Of a stretch of DNA of 64,000 nt, positions 1 to 8,968 are shown piece after piece; position 1 is the first letter of the stretch; each line of letters begins with the position of its first letter. Below the pieces are notes generated by a model. That model saw only the letters and a program-made list of their open reading frames with translations, was not told where the DNA came from and did not search any database. The position numbers and the translations under genes were made by a program. The stretch comes from Chloroflexaceae bacterium (GTDB lineage Bacteria > Chloroflexota > Chloroflexia > Chloroflexales > Chloroflexaceae), in contig DAOTUE010000011.1 of assembly GCA_034436975.1 (NCBI GenBank), forward strand, positions 68,079-132,078, read 5' to 3'.

Positions 1-1
1 G

Positions 2-1027
2 ATGGGCTGGCTGGCCCGGCCCGGGCCGCGCCACATCCACCGCGTGCCCATTCCCACAGTGGGGGGGCTGGCCATTCTTGGAGGAGTCATTGGGGCCCTA
101 CTCCTCTCGCTGTTTCTCGAACCGCTTAGCCCGCTCCTGCGTCGTTCTCCCTACGAGCATCTGCGGATATGGCTTCTGCTGGCGGGCGTGGCTGTTATCG
201 CCACCATCAGCCTCATTGACGATATTCGCTCGCTCTCGCCCTGGGTGCGGTTGCCGGTGCATTTTGGCGCGGCCCTCATTGCTGTGGGCCCCTACCTGTG
301 GGATGCCACGCTCTACCCGGACATCCGCGGCAACCCGACCGAGGCCCGCGGGATTATCCTCACCGCGTTTAATTTTCCCATCATTGAGCAGGTGCATCTC
401 CACAATCTTACTCCCTGGCTCTCCATTGTGGCCACGCTGGTCTGGATTGTCGGGTTGCAAAATATGCTCAACTGGGTGGATGGGCTGGATGGTCTCGCGG
501 CGGGGATTACGCTCATTGCCGGACTGGTGCTCGCCCTGCACGCCACCATTCTGGGGCAGTGGACCGTTGCCCTGCTGCCGCTGGCCCTGGCCGGGGCCTG
601 TGCGGGCTTTCTCCCCTTCAACTTCCACCCGGCCCGGGTGTTTATGGGCGATGTGGGGGCCATGTCGCTTGGCTATGTGCTGGCTATCAGTGCTATTCTG
701 GGGGGAGCCAAGCTGGCCACAGCTCTGCTTGTGCTTGGTATCCCCATTATAGATATGGTCTGGCTCATTGTCTGGCGCGTGGCACACCGTCGCTCGGTGG
801 CCGCATCTGGGCGCGATCATCTCCACCACCGTCTGGTAGACCTGGGATACTCACAGCGTCAGGTTGTCGGGTTCTACTATGTGGTGAGCGTTGCCTTTGG
901 GACCATTGCCCTGCTTGATGTGATGACCCCCATGAGCAAGCTCGTTGCGCTGGCAATCATGGGGGTTGTGGTGTTTTCTGTTGTCATCTACGCTGCCACG
1001 CGGGGCCAGCGCAACGGGCCCGCTTGA
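2..1027 (+). CDS. Polyprenyl-phosphate N-acetylhexosamine-1-phosphate transferase (MraY/WecA superfamily, glycosyltransferase family 4); probably 5'-truncated at the window edge
   Basis: Multi-TM ORF beginning at the window edge. Motifs HRVPIPTVGGLAI, NWVDGLDGLAAG and FMGDVGAMSLGY are typical of the family. Family members normally carry extra N-terminal residues that are missing here. Confidence 0.8.
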   Translation: MGWLARPGPRHIHRVPIPTVGGLAILGGVIGALLLSLFLEPLSPLLRRSPYEHLRIWLLLAGVAVIATISLIDDIRSLSPWVRLPVHFGAALIAVGPYLWDATLYPDIRGNPTEARGIILTAFNFPIIEQVHLHNLTPWLSIVATLVWIVGLQNMLNWVDGLDGLAAGITLIAGLVLALHATILGQWTVALLPLALAGACAGFLPFNFHPARVFMGDVGAMSLGYVLAISAILGGAKLATALLVLGIPIIDMVWLIVWRVAHRRSVAASGRDHLHHRLVDLGYSQRQVVGFYYVVSVAFGTIALLDVMTPMSKLVALAIMGVVVFSVVIYAATRGQRNGPA

Positions 1028-1040
1028 ATAATTGAGGAAG

Positions 1041-1138
1041 AACCACAAAGACACAGCGAGCACAAAGGGTCTATGAAAAGGTCTCTCGTTGTGTGCTCCG
1101 TGCCTTTGTGGTAAGCCTATCTACCCGAATATGGCATT
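1041..1138 (+). repeat. Family-B hairpin repeat, copy B1
   Basis: ACCACAAAGACAC...GTGCCTTTGTGG inverted core plus a CTATCTACCCGAATATGGCATTA arm. Close copies lie at 43879-44006 and (inverted) 16434-16525. Its last bases supply the stop codon of the neighbouring minus-strand gene. Confidence 0.8.
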
Positions 1139-3269
1139 ACCTCACAACCAGCGGGAGATAGACCGTCTGCAAGTCCTCCGGATTTATAATCTCCCCACGA
1201 ACATGGAACGTGAACGGGTTTTCGTCAACATCGTTGTTTTCAATCTGCACCGCTCCCTCAACGGTGCCGGCCTGCGTGGTGTTCATTGTCACAATAAACT
1301 CGCGTGAGCTTCCACAGGGCACTCGTGGGGGGATATCCCCAAGCTGGAATCCGGAGGGAACCGAAGAGGTGGTGATGTCAAGAACCAGATCCTCCGTGCC
1401 AACATTTTTGATCGTGAACGTCTCCTCAACTGGCTCGCGGCCCACAACCCCATAGGGAAACTTGATAACAAGTTCTTCTGAGAGGACCTCGGTGCTCGTG
1501 ATATTCGTTTCACCATACCACACTTCTATCTCCGGTCCGGCGGCAACCTTTCCCACAACGGAAAAGGTGAACGATGGTTCATCATTGTCATTGTTTGAGA
1601 GAACAACGTCTCCTTCGTAGCTTCCGGATTCTTTGGCATCAAGCTGAATGGTGAATTTCGCCTCCTGCTCTGGTGCAACGGTCTCTGGCATTTCGCCCAC
1701 AAGCGAAAAGCCATCGGGGATGGTTGGTTGTTTAAGGCTCAGGTTGGCGGTGCCGCTCTCCGGCGTGGCTTCCGTATACACGTTCTTTATCGTGAACTCG
1801 CAGGAGATAGCCTCACCTCGTGGAGTTGTTCCAAACGTCACATCTGGCGATGTGGTAAGATCCTGCGAATAGAAAAAGACCGCGATTTCGGGCGATGCTT
1901 CAAACGCGCCGATGTCAACCCGCTCGTTGATAACTCGTGCATACCCCTCGCCGCGTTGGTCGCCAGCAAGAGGAAGGCTCCCGGCATCGAAGGCCGGGTC
2001 CCCGGCATCAATCGCGGGGCTACCGGGGAGTAGCGCGTGGGTCTGGCTCGACCCGCCGTTGTCGCCGAGCGGGGCCAGCAGGGGAGTTTCAGCAGTGATA
2101 TTGTGCTCAGTTGTCCCTTCTATCGTGCAGCCTCCCGTACTCCCAAAGAGGTTGTAATCCTGCGATACAATCGTTCCGCTACAATCCGGGCCGGAGCCTG
2201 TCACGTCGGTATCGGAGCCAATATAGTTGCCGGCAAGGAGCGTATGATTGATGCTAATGGTGCCACCATTGTTGGCAATACCGCCGCCATTGCCGTCGGT
2301 GCCGGCTGTTGTTCCGCTGGCCCCATTCCCGGCGGTGTTGTTGCTGATGGTTGTATTGAGCAGGGTTATGGTGCCGCCATCGCTGGTGATACCACCACCA
2401 TCGCCGCCAATCCCACCTTCCCGGCAGCCTTCAGGATGACAACTGCCATCTCCCGCAGCATTGCCGCTCAGTGTGCTATTGAGGATAGTAACGGTTCCGC
2501 TATTGTTGGCAATACCGCCGCCATTGCCACCTTCGCCACTTACCCCCCGGCTCGTTCCCCCTTTTCCTGCACGATTGTTGTGAACCAGGCTGTTGACCAG
2601 CGTCAGGGTTCCCTCAACGTTGTATATGCCCCCTCCATTGCCGCCATATCCCCCCAGGGCCTGTCCATATCCGCCCGTGCCTGCGGCATTGTCGCTCACA
2701 ACACAATTGATGAGCGTCAATGTTCCCCGCTCATTGTAGATTCCGCCTCCGTCAACCCCATCACTGGCATCTGTGCCATCGGGCGATTTCCCATTGGTAA
2801 ACGTTACGCCATCAATCTCAACCACCGCTCCTTCGTGGACATGCAAAACCCGGTCGCCAGCGTTTTCCCCCGCTTTGAGGATTGTCTGCTGCGGGCCGCT
2901 CCCGTGGATAGTCAGCATTCCTTTGACATCAAGATCGCCAGTTTCGCTATCACCCTCACGCGGGCCAAGCAGCGAGAGGGTATAGGTGCCTGCCGGGATG
3001 GTGATAACATCATCCCCACTGCCGGCGGGACAATCGCTCGACCCCGATTGATCATCGCGGTTGGCGTTGATAACCGCCTCGCGGAGCGAACATGCGCCAT
3101 TGGTATTGAGTTCGTCGGCTGTTGTTGCAACAGTAATGCTGGCCGCGTGGACCGGCCCCGCGGGCGCAACCTGGGGCAACAACGGAAGGCAAAGGAGAAG
3201 AGCAATCATGAGACGATGGACAAGACGTTGGTTTCTTTGATCGTTTCTAACAGATGTGAACATCATCAT
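1137..3269 (-). CDS. Secreted right-handed beta-helix repeat protein with two C-terminal Ig-like repeats
   Basis: Long ORF 1137..3458. Start chosen at the ATG cluster (MMMFTS) at 3269, ahead of the signal-like LLLCLPLLPQVAPAGPVHA. It has a CSLREAVINANRD motif and many G-rich GGxGGGI turns. Two ~115-aa repeats end in NND(N/V)DE(P/N)xFTF, resembling choice-of-anchor Q/D type modules. Confidence 0.7.
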   Translation of the reverse strand: MMMFTSVRNDQRNQRLVHRLMIALLLCLPLLPQVAPAGPVHAASITVATTADELNTNGACSLREAVINANRDDQSGSSDCPAGSGDDVITIPAGTYTLSLLGPREGDSETGDLDVKGMLTIHGSGPQQTILKAGENAGDRVLHVHEGAVVEIDGVTFTNGKSPDGTDASDGVDGGGIYNERGTLTLINCVVSDNAAGTGGYGQALGGYGGNGGGIYNVEGTLTLVNSLVHNNRAGKGGTSRGVSGEGGNGGGIANNSGTVTILNSTLSGNAAGDGSCHPEGCREGGIGGDGGGITSDGGTITLLNTTISNNTAGNGASGTTAGTDGNGGGIANNGGTISINHTLLAGNYIGSDTDVTGSGPDCSGTIVSQDYNLFGSTGGCTIEGTTEHNITAETPLLAPLGDNGGSSQTHALLPGSPAIDAGDPAFDAGSLPLAGDQRGEGYARVINERVDIGAFEASPEIAVFFYSQDLTTSPDVTFGTTPRGEAISCEFTIKNVYTEATPESGTANLSLKQPTIPDGFSLVGEMPETVAPEQEAKFTIQLDAKESGSYEGDVVLSNNDNDEPSFTFSVVGKVAAGPEIEVWYGETNITSTEVLSEELVIKFPYGVVGREPVEETFTIKNVGTEDLVLDITTSSVPSGFQLGDIPPRVPCGSSREFIVTMNTTQAGTVEGAVQIENNDVDENPFTFHVRGEIINPEDLQTVYLPLVVR

Positions 3270-3473
3270 CAAACCTTTCTTTATTCTCTCCGATACGAAA
3301 TATCCGGAACCAGACCAGTTTCTTTCGTGCATCCAGAAGCGTCTCTGCCAACAGCAGGAACGCAAACATAAGTATATCACATCCGGAGGATAAATGGAAT
3401 GAATTCTTGGAGATTCAGTATCTTCGCCTTCTTCCGACAGTCTTTTATATTGTTTCACAAGTGCCGGGGTATG

Positions 3474-3546
3474 GCCTTCAGACGCGAACCTTCCCGGTGG
3501 AGAGGGTTGTCTGAGAAGCCCAATCCTTGCCTTCAGGATTGGGAGT
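3474..3546 (+). repeat. Family-C repeat, copy C1 (hairpin CCCAATCCT...AGGATTGGG)
   Basis: GCCTTCAGACGCGAACCTTCCCGGTGGAGAGGGTTGTCTGAGAAGCCCAATCCT...AGGATTGGGAG is nearly identical to 51624-51690. It is intergenic. Confidence 0.8.
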
Positions 3547-3650
3547 AGTCACCGGGGAGAGAGGAGTGGGAGAGAGGGGAGTGGATGAGTGGGGAAGGAC
3601 TGGTCTCTGACACTTCCCACTCCTCCGTCCCACTATCCCCTCCCTTACCT

Positions 3651-6566
3651 CTACAGCACCTTGAGCGGCGAGAGCAATCCGGCCCGTTCCGCGTTGGCCG
3701 TCTCAATGGCCTCTGGCGAGCCGAGCACAACGGTCAACCCATCGTGACGCACATGGTCAAGCATATCGGCAAAGGCGCGAAAGTCTGCTGCCGTTGTCGA
3801 GAGGATTTCCTCACGCTTCTGCTGGCGTATCTCATCGGTGTGACCGGCCAGGTGGCGCAGCAGCGAACGGTAGCCGCGAGCATCGGGGAAGAGGTATGCA
3901 TCCAGGTCGCTGATACGCCCGATGATATTTCGCGTCACCTCATCCGCATCGGGGATAGCCTCGCGCAGAAGTTGCCCAAGCTGATCGTAGACATCGAGGG
4001 TTGCCAGCAGGTTCGGGTCACGGTAGGAGACCAGGCTGAGGATGCCCGAATGCCGCCCGAAGCGACAAAAGCTGCCATAGGCTCCCCCCCGCATCCGTAC
4101 CCGCTCCCAGAGCAGCGTGGTGCGGAGGTAGTTGGTTATCACGCCGATAGAGCCGTGGAAGGTATAGCCGTGGGCAAAGAGGTTGACAGCCTTGCCGACA
4201 TAGTTGACACGGGTGGGGGCCGTCAACCCCTCGCCCCCGCTGCCATACTGCGGGGTCCAGGTGGCCAGTCGGAGCGGTGTATTGGGAAAGCGCGTCAGGA
4301 AATCGTCCAGACGCGGTGCAAAGTCGGCCCAGTCATCCCCATCCAGTGTAACATTGCAAATCATCCCGCCGCGGTTGAGCAGCAGTGAGCGGACCTGTTC
4401 GAGCCGCGCTCGCACGCCGGGCCAGTCGTTCCGAATGTCCTCAATAAGCTGGCGCAAGAAGAATAGATAGGTGATTCCTCCCATTTGCTCATTGACCCAG
4501 TCGGCCTCGTTGAAACAGGCCCGCATCCGCAGATTGACAAACCCGCTCCCGCCGGTGAGCACCGAGGTTTCCTCACGCGCCTTCGCCTCCAGCACAATCT
4601 GCTCAAACCGTTCGCGGTCATCAAAATTCGCGGTTTGCAGAATATCGGAGAGTACGTCGAGCAAATCCTGCGCCCGCGACATTGTGGCTTTGGCCCGCAA
4701 AAAGAGCCAGATAGTGCTCTCGCCCGCGTGGGTGATCATTCCCACGGGGTGGGACCGGATACCGCCGGTTTTCATCCCGATGCGCTGGGCAAGCTGGACA
4801 TAGGTTTCCTTCTCCGTGCCCATTTCGCGCAGGGCCCGCGCAAAAATAGCCACAAAGGGGAGCAATTCCTGGGGCAACCCGTGCAGGTTTAGCCCGATGT
4901 CCAGGTAGACAATGCCATTAGTATTGAGGGCATGGTGCAATACCCGCGTCTGCTCACGTTCCATCTCTGTCAGTGGCACCACGCGGTTGTAGCGGTCCAG
5001 ATCTTCCAGCTTCAGGCGGGGGATGGTAGCCAGGGCTTCGGGCGGGTCGGGCGTTTCCTGCATCTGTTTGAGCAAACGGACCGTCTCTATGGTGGACTGG
5101 ACTTCGTCTGGTTTCATCGCAGCCCGTATCTGCTCCAGCCGCTCCCGCTCCGCGCTCGACTCACGCTGTTCCATATCCGGGTCAGGTTCAAGGATGATCG
5201 TTGTGCGATGGGGATTGTGCAGCAGCGAACGCTCAATAATCTGCTCGAAGTAGGGTTCGCCTGCCTCAATGCGCGATTTTATCGTTTCGAGGGCTTCGGT
5301 CCAGGCCAGGGGGGAGAGCGGGTCGCCCCCATAGAGCCAGGTATTGAGCGAACGGAGCATCACAACCAGGCCGCGGGGGTGGTTGCCGGTGTTGTTCTCG
5401 CGGAGCAAAAACTCGGTGGTATTGAGCACCGCCTCAACCGTCCGGCGATCCAGTCCTTCTCGCACGATGGTTTCCAGCGTGTCAAAAATGAGCCGCTCAA
5501 CCGTTTCAGCATCGTCGCGGGCGATGCCCTTCAAGCCCGTAGAGAAATAGGCCTGGCGTAGCCCGCTTGCCATTCCCCCGCCAACGAGATCCTCTCCCAG
5601 TCCCGACTCAATCAATGCCTTTCGCAGGGGCGAGGCCAGCATCCCCACCAGGATATAGCCAACCATTTGCAACGACATCCGCACAAGCATATCTTCCATC
5701 GGGTCGAGCAACCAGTTGACCGTCATAATGGTTTTCTTCTCGGTGGGAGTGTCGGGGTCTATCGGGTAGGGGTAGACGGCCCGTACCGGCTCCGTGAAGG
5801 GTTGCTGAAGCGGGATTGTCGCCTCAACGGGAATCTGCTGAAAATCCTTGAGATACTCCTGGATGATCTGCAACCGTCTTTCGGGGTCGTCATCGCCATA
5901 GAAGAAGATGCGGGCATTGGAGGGGTGGTAGTAGGTCTGGTGAAACTGCCGCAGTTGTTCGTAGGTCAGGTCGGGGATGTGGCGCGGGTCGCCCCCGGAC
6001 GAAAACCCGTAGGGCGTATCGGGGAAGAGCGACTGGCGGCCGTATTCTCCGAGCAAGCGTTCGGGCGCGGAGTAGGCCCCCTTCATCTCGCTGTAGACCA
6101 CGCCGCGCAGGGTGAGGGGACCATCTGGCGAAGGAAGTTCGTAGTGCCAGCCTTCTTGCTGAAAGACCGCCGGGGTCAACCGCGGGTAGAAGACCGCGTC
6201 GAGATAGACATCAATCAGGTTGTAGAAATCGTTGGTGTTCTGACTGGCGGCAGGGTAGCAGGTCTTATCGGGAAAGGTGAAGGCATTGAGGAATGTTTTG
6301 AGCGACCCCTTAATCAGTTCGACAAAAGGTTCCTTGAGCGGGTATTTGCGCGAGCCACAGAGAACGGAATGTTCGAGAATGTGGGAAACGCCGGTCGAAT
6401 CGGTCGGGGGGGTGCAAAAGGTAATCCCAAACAGCTTGTTATCGTCGTCATTTTCGAGCGAGAGAAGCTCGGCTCCGGTCTGGCGGTGGCGAAACAGTCG
6501 CGCCCTCGAACTCAGCTCTTTGATTGTTTCATCGCGGATAAGATCAAACCCATAATAATCAGCCAT
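3651..6566 (-). CDS. M16C-family zinc metallopeptidase (insulinase/PreP-like)
   Basis: 971-aa ORF. The N-terminal HILEHSVLCGSRKYPLKEPF contains the inverted zincin HxxEH motif. Size and layout match presequence-protease-like M16C enzymes. Confidence 0.85.
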   Translation of the reverse strand: MADYYGFDLIRDETIKELSSRARLFRHRQTGAELLSLENDDDNKLFGITFCTPPTDSTGVSHILEHSVLCGSRKYPLKEPFVELIKGSLKTFLNAFTFPDKTCYPAASQNTNDFYNLIDVYLDAVFYPRLTPAVFQQEGWHYELPSPDGPLTLRGVVYSEMKGAYSAPERLLGEYGRQSLFPDTPYGFSSGGDPRHIPDLTYEQLRQFHQTYYHPSNARIFFYGDDDPERRLQIIQEYLKDFQQIPVEATIPLQQPFTEPVRAVYPYPIDPDTPTEKKTIMTVNWLLDPMEDMLVRMSLQMVGYILVGMLASPLRKALIESGLGEDLVGGGMASGLRQAYFSTGLKGIARDDAETVERLIFDTLETIVREGLDRRTVEAVLNTTEFLLRENNTGNHPRGLVVMLRSLNTWLYGGDPLSPLAWTEALETIKSRIEAGEPYFEQIIERSLLHNPHRTTIILEPDPDMEQRESSAERERLEQIRAAMKPDEVQSTIETVRLLKQMQETPDPPEALATIPRLKLEDLDRYNRVVPLTEMEREQTRVLHHALNTNGIVYLDIGLNLHGLPQELLPFVAIFARALREMGTEKETYVQLAQRIGMKTGGIRSHPVGMITHAGESTIWLFLRAKATMSRAQDLLDVLSDILQTANFDDRERFEQIVLEAKAREETSVLTGGSGFVNLRMRACFNEADWVNEQMGGITYLFFLRQLIEDIRNDWPGVRARLEQVRSLLLNRGGMICNVTLDGDDWADFAPRLDDFLTRFPNTPLRLATWTPQYGSGGEGLTAPTRVNYVGKAVNLFAHGYTFHGSIGVITNYLRTTLLWERVRMRGGAYGSFCRFGRHSGILSLVSYRDPNLLATLDVYDQLGQLLREAIPDADEVTRNIIGRISDLDAYLFPDARGYRSLLRHLAGHTDEIRQQKREEILSTTAADFRAFADMLDHVRHDGLTVVLGSPEAIETANAERAGLLSPLKVL

Positions 6567-6647
6567 AGTGCCCCTTTGCTTTATGTTTTATGATTCTTAT
6601 TTTTCTTCTTGCCCTGCTATTGTACCACGACAACGCATTGCTGTGTT

Positions 6648-6692
6648 GTAATCGTTCAGACCCCCACCTATCCTCCCCCCGGTGGGGGACCT
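6648..6692 (+). repeat. Family-A (GTAATCGTTCAG) element, 5' fragment A1
   Basis: GTAATCGTTCAGACCCCCACCTATCCTCCCCCCGGTGGGGG matches the left end of the full copies at 44115 and 59167. Confidence 0.7.
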
Positions 6693-6854
6693 GAAACGAC
6701 CACGAAACCGGAGTGATGTGGGCCCGTATCTGGCCATTGGTCTGCCATAGTCTGTGGTAGAATGATAGGGCAAACGCAGGATAGGATACCTTGTGCTTCC
6801 GGAAAACACGGAGTGGGAAGAAGTAGTCTCAAAAACTGGTCAAAGAGGAGAACC

Positions 6855-8273
6855 ATGAACTATCAGGATGTCGCATGGAGAGAATCGCAGCGTATTCGGC
6901 TTGACGTGAACAATGTGTTGACGCGGGGATGTGGAAACGAGGGGGTAACGGTTGAGGATATTGGAGCGAACGTGGCCCGTGTTGGCGCGGCGGTGGAAGC
7001 AGTGCAGCAGCAACGTGACACGCTTGGGTGGCCCGACCTGCCCGACCAGGATGTCTCCCCTCTCGAAGACTATGCCGCGTCGGTGCGTGACCGTATTGAG
7101 AATGTTGTTGTGCTTGGGATAGGCGGCTCGGCCCTGGGCAATATCGCCACCCAGACGGCCCTCCACGGCCCCTACTACAATAGCCTCCCCCGCGAGCAGC
7201 GCGGCGGGCCCCGCCTCTTTGTGCTCGACAACAGCGACCCGGAGATGAACGCTGGCCTGCTCAACATGCTCGATCTGGATCGTACCCTCTTTAATGTGAT
7301 TAGCAAGAGTGGTACCACCGCCGAAACCATGGCCTCGTTTCTTTTCTTTCGGCAGGCCCTGGTCGAGCGCGTGGGAGCGGAACGTTTGAAGGACCATATT
7401 GTCCTGACGACCGACCCGGAAAAAGGGTTTTTGCGCCAGATTGGCCAGCGCGATGGGCTGACGATGCTTGACCTCCCGCCAAAGGTAGGGGGACGCTTTT
7501 CCGTGCTGACAACCGTTGGTCTCCTCTCTGCTGCAATGACCGGGGGAGACATCCGCGCCCTGCTGGCCGGCGCGGCCTATGGCGACGACATCACCCGCAA
7601 CCCCGACATCCGCCAGAACCCTGCCGCACTTGGGGCCCTTATCAATGAACTCATGCGGCAACGCGGCAAGAACATAGTTGTGATGATGCCCTATGCTCAG
7701 CGGCTGAAAGATGTGGCCGATTGGTTTGCGCAACTCTGGGCTGAGAGCCTGGGCAAGAAGCACGACCGCAACGGGCACGAAGTGCGCGTGGGGGCAACGC
7801 CCTTCAAAGCCCTGGGAGCCACCGACCAGCATTCGCAAGTCCAACTCTACATGGAAGGGCCCTACGATAAACTCATCAACTTCATTGCGGTTGAGCGGTT
7901 TTCTGAAGTGGCCCCCATTCCCACGGCCTACGCCGACCTGGAGGGCGTGAGCTACCTGGGCGGGCACACCATCCAGGAGCTTATCCAGGCCGAACAGCAG
8001 GGCACCGCGATTGCCTTGAGCGAGGCGGGGCAACCCAATATGACCCACATTGTTCCCGAAGTCAACGCCTTCACGCTTGGGCAATTGTTCTTTCTCTTCG
8101 AGATGCAGACGGCCATTGCCGGGGAATTGCTCAACATCAATGCGTTTGACCAGCCGGGTGTCGAGGCGGGCAAGGTCAACACCTACGCTCTGCTTGGGCA
8201 CACAGCCTACGCCCAACGCCGTGGCGAGATTGAGGCCCGTCGGGAGCAGCGGGAGGGGCAGTGGGTCGTGTGA
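6855..8273 (+). CDS. pgi: Glucose-6-phosphate isomerase
   Basis: ORF 6762..8273. ATG at 6855 is preceded by AAGAGGAG. The ISKSGTTAET motif and overall PGI-like sequence (GGRFSVLT, DQHSQVQLYMEGP) support the call. Confidence 0.85.
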   Translation: MNYQDVAWRESQRIRLDVNNVLTRGCGNEGVTVEDIGANVARVGAAVEAVQQQRDTLGWPDLPDQDVSPLEDYAASVRDRIENVVVLGIGGSALGNIATQTALHGPYYNSLPREQRGGPRLFVLDNSDPEMNAGLLNMLDLDRTLFNVISKSGTTAETMASFLFFRQALVERVGAERLKDHIVLTTDPEKGFLRQIGQRDGLTMLDLPPKVGGRFSVLTTVGLLSAAMTGGDIRALLAGAAYGDDITRNPDIRQNPAALGALINELMRQRGKNIVVMMPYAQRLKDVADWFAQLWAESLGKKHDRNGHEVRVGATPFKALGATDQHSQVQLYMEGPYDKLINFIAVERFSEVAPIPTAYADLEGVSYLGGHTIQELIQAEQQGTAIALSEAGQPNMTHIVPEVNAFTLGQLFFLFEMQTAIAGELLNINAFDQPGVEAGKVNTYALLGHTAYAQRRGEIEARREQREGQWVV

Positions 8274-8317
8274 GATAGGGGATAGGGACCTGGGGAGCAC
8301 GGACATCCTGCCGCCCC

Positions 8318-8379
8318 GTGCAAGCGAGACGTTTGTGCTCTCAGAGATTGAGGCTTGCCCGAACCCAGTGAACGCTTAC
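8318..8379 (+). repeat. Family-A element, 3' half (A7)
   Basis: GTGCAAGCGAGACGTTTGTGCTC...TTGCCCGAACCCAGTGAACGCTTAC matches the right half of copy 44115-44250. Confidence 0.7.
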
Positions 8380-8434
8380 CAAATACCCATCCTCGTTGCG
8401 TTCATGATCTATACAGGAGCGTTACAGAAGCGTT

Positions 8435-8968
8435 ATGTGTGTGGTTGCTCCCAACGAATTGCATACCTATCGCCAGCAGTGGCGGCGCGAGGGGATGCGG
8501 GTTGTCCTGACCAACGGCGTGTTTGACCTGCTCCACAGTGGGCATGTGCGCTACCTGGAGCAGGCCCGCTCCCTGGGCGATATTCTGGTTGTTGGTATCA
8601 ACAGTGATGCTTCGACCCGCAAGATCAAGGGGCCGCTGCGCCCCCTTGTGTCCCAGGACGAACGGGCCTACCTGCTCGCTGCAATCCGCTGGGTAGATTA
8701 CGTGACGGTGTTTGACGAACCAACCGCCGAAGCCCTGGTCCGCACTCTTGCACCCGATGTGTACGTCAAAGGAGGGGATTACGCAATGGCCACAACAGAG
8801 GCAGCGATCTCGTTGCACCAGCAGGTAGACGAAACTCGCCTGCCGGAAGCACGGGTGGCCCGGGCCGGCGGCGGGCGCGTTGTGCTGGTGCCATACCATC
8901 CTGGCCTTTCGACCACGGCCCTGATCGAGCGGATTGCCGGGCGATACGGAGGGAAAATTGAGCTATGA
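8435..8968 (+). CDS. hldC: D-glycero-beta-D-manno-heptose-1-phosphate adenylyltransferase-like cytidylyltransferase-fold protein (HldE domain II type)
   Basis: TNGVFDLLHSGHVRYLEQA, INSDAST and VKGGDY motifs follow the HldE C-terminal domain pattern. The TGA overlaps the ATG of the next gene (ATGA at 8965-8968). Confidence 0.65.
   Translation: MCVVAPNELHTYRQQWRREGMRVVLTNGVFDLLHSGHVRYLEQARSLGDILVVGINSDASTRKIKGPLRPLVSQDERAYLLAAIRWVDYVTVFDEPTAEALVRTLAPDVYVKGGDYAMATTEAAISLHQQVDETRLPEARVARAGGGRVVLVPYHPGLSTTALIERIAGRYGGKIEL

Noticed and set aside
2037-3371. 444-aa plus-strand ORF opposite the beta-helix protein gene
   Set aside because: It is the mirror frame of a G-rich repetitive gene, and its translation is low-complexity (A/G/I/V runs) with no motifs. 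The minus-strand ORF has a signal peptide and domain repeats.
6840-8306. 488-aa minus-strand ORF covering pgi
   Set aside because: This is an antisense shadow ORF of the kind typical of high-GC DNA. The plus-strand frame has clear PGI motifs.
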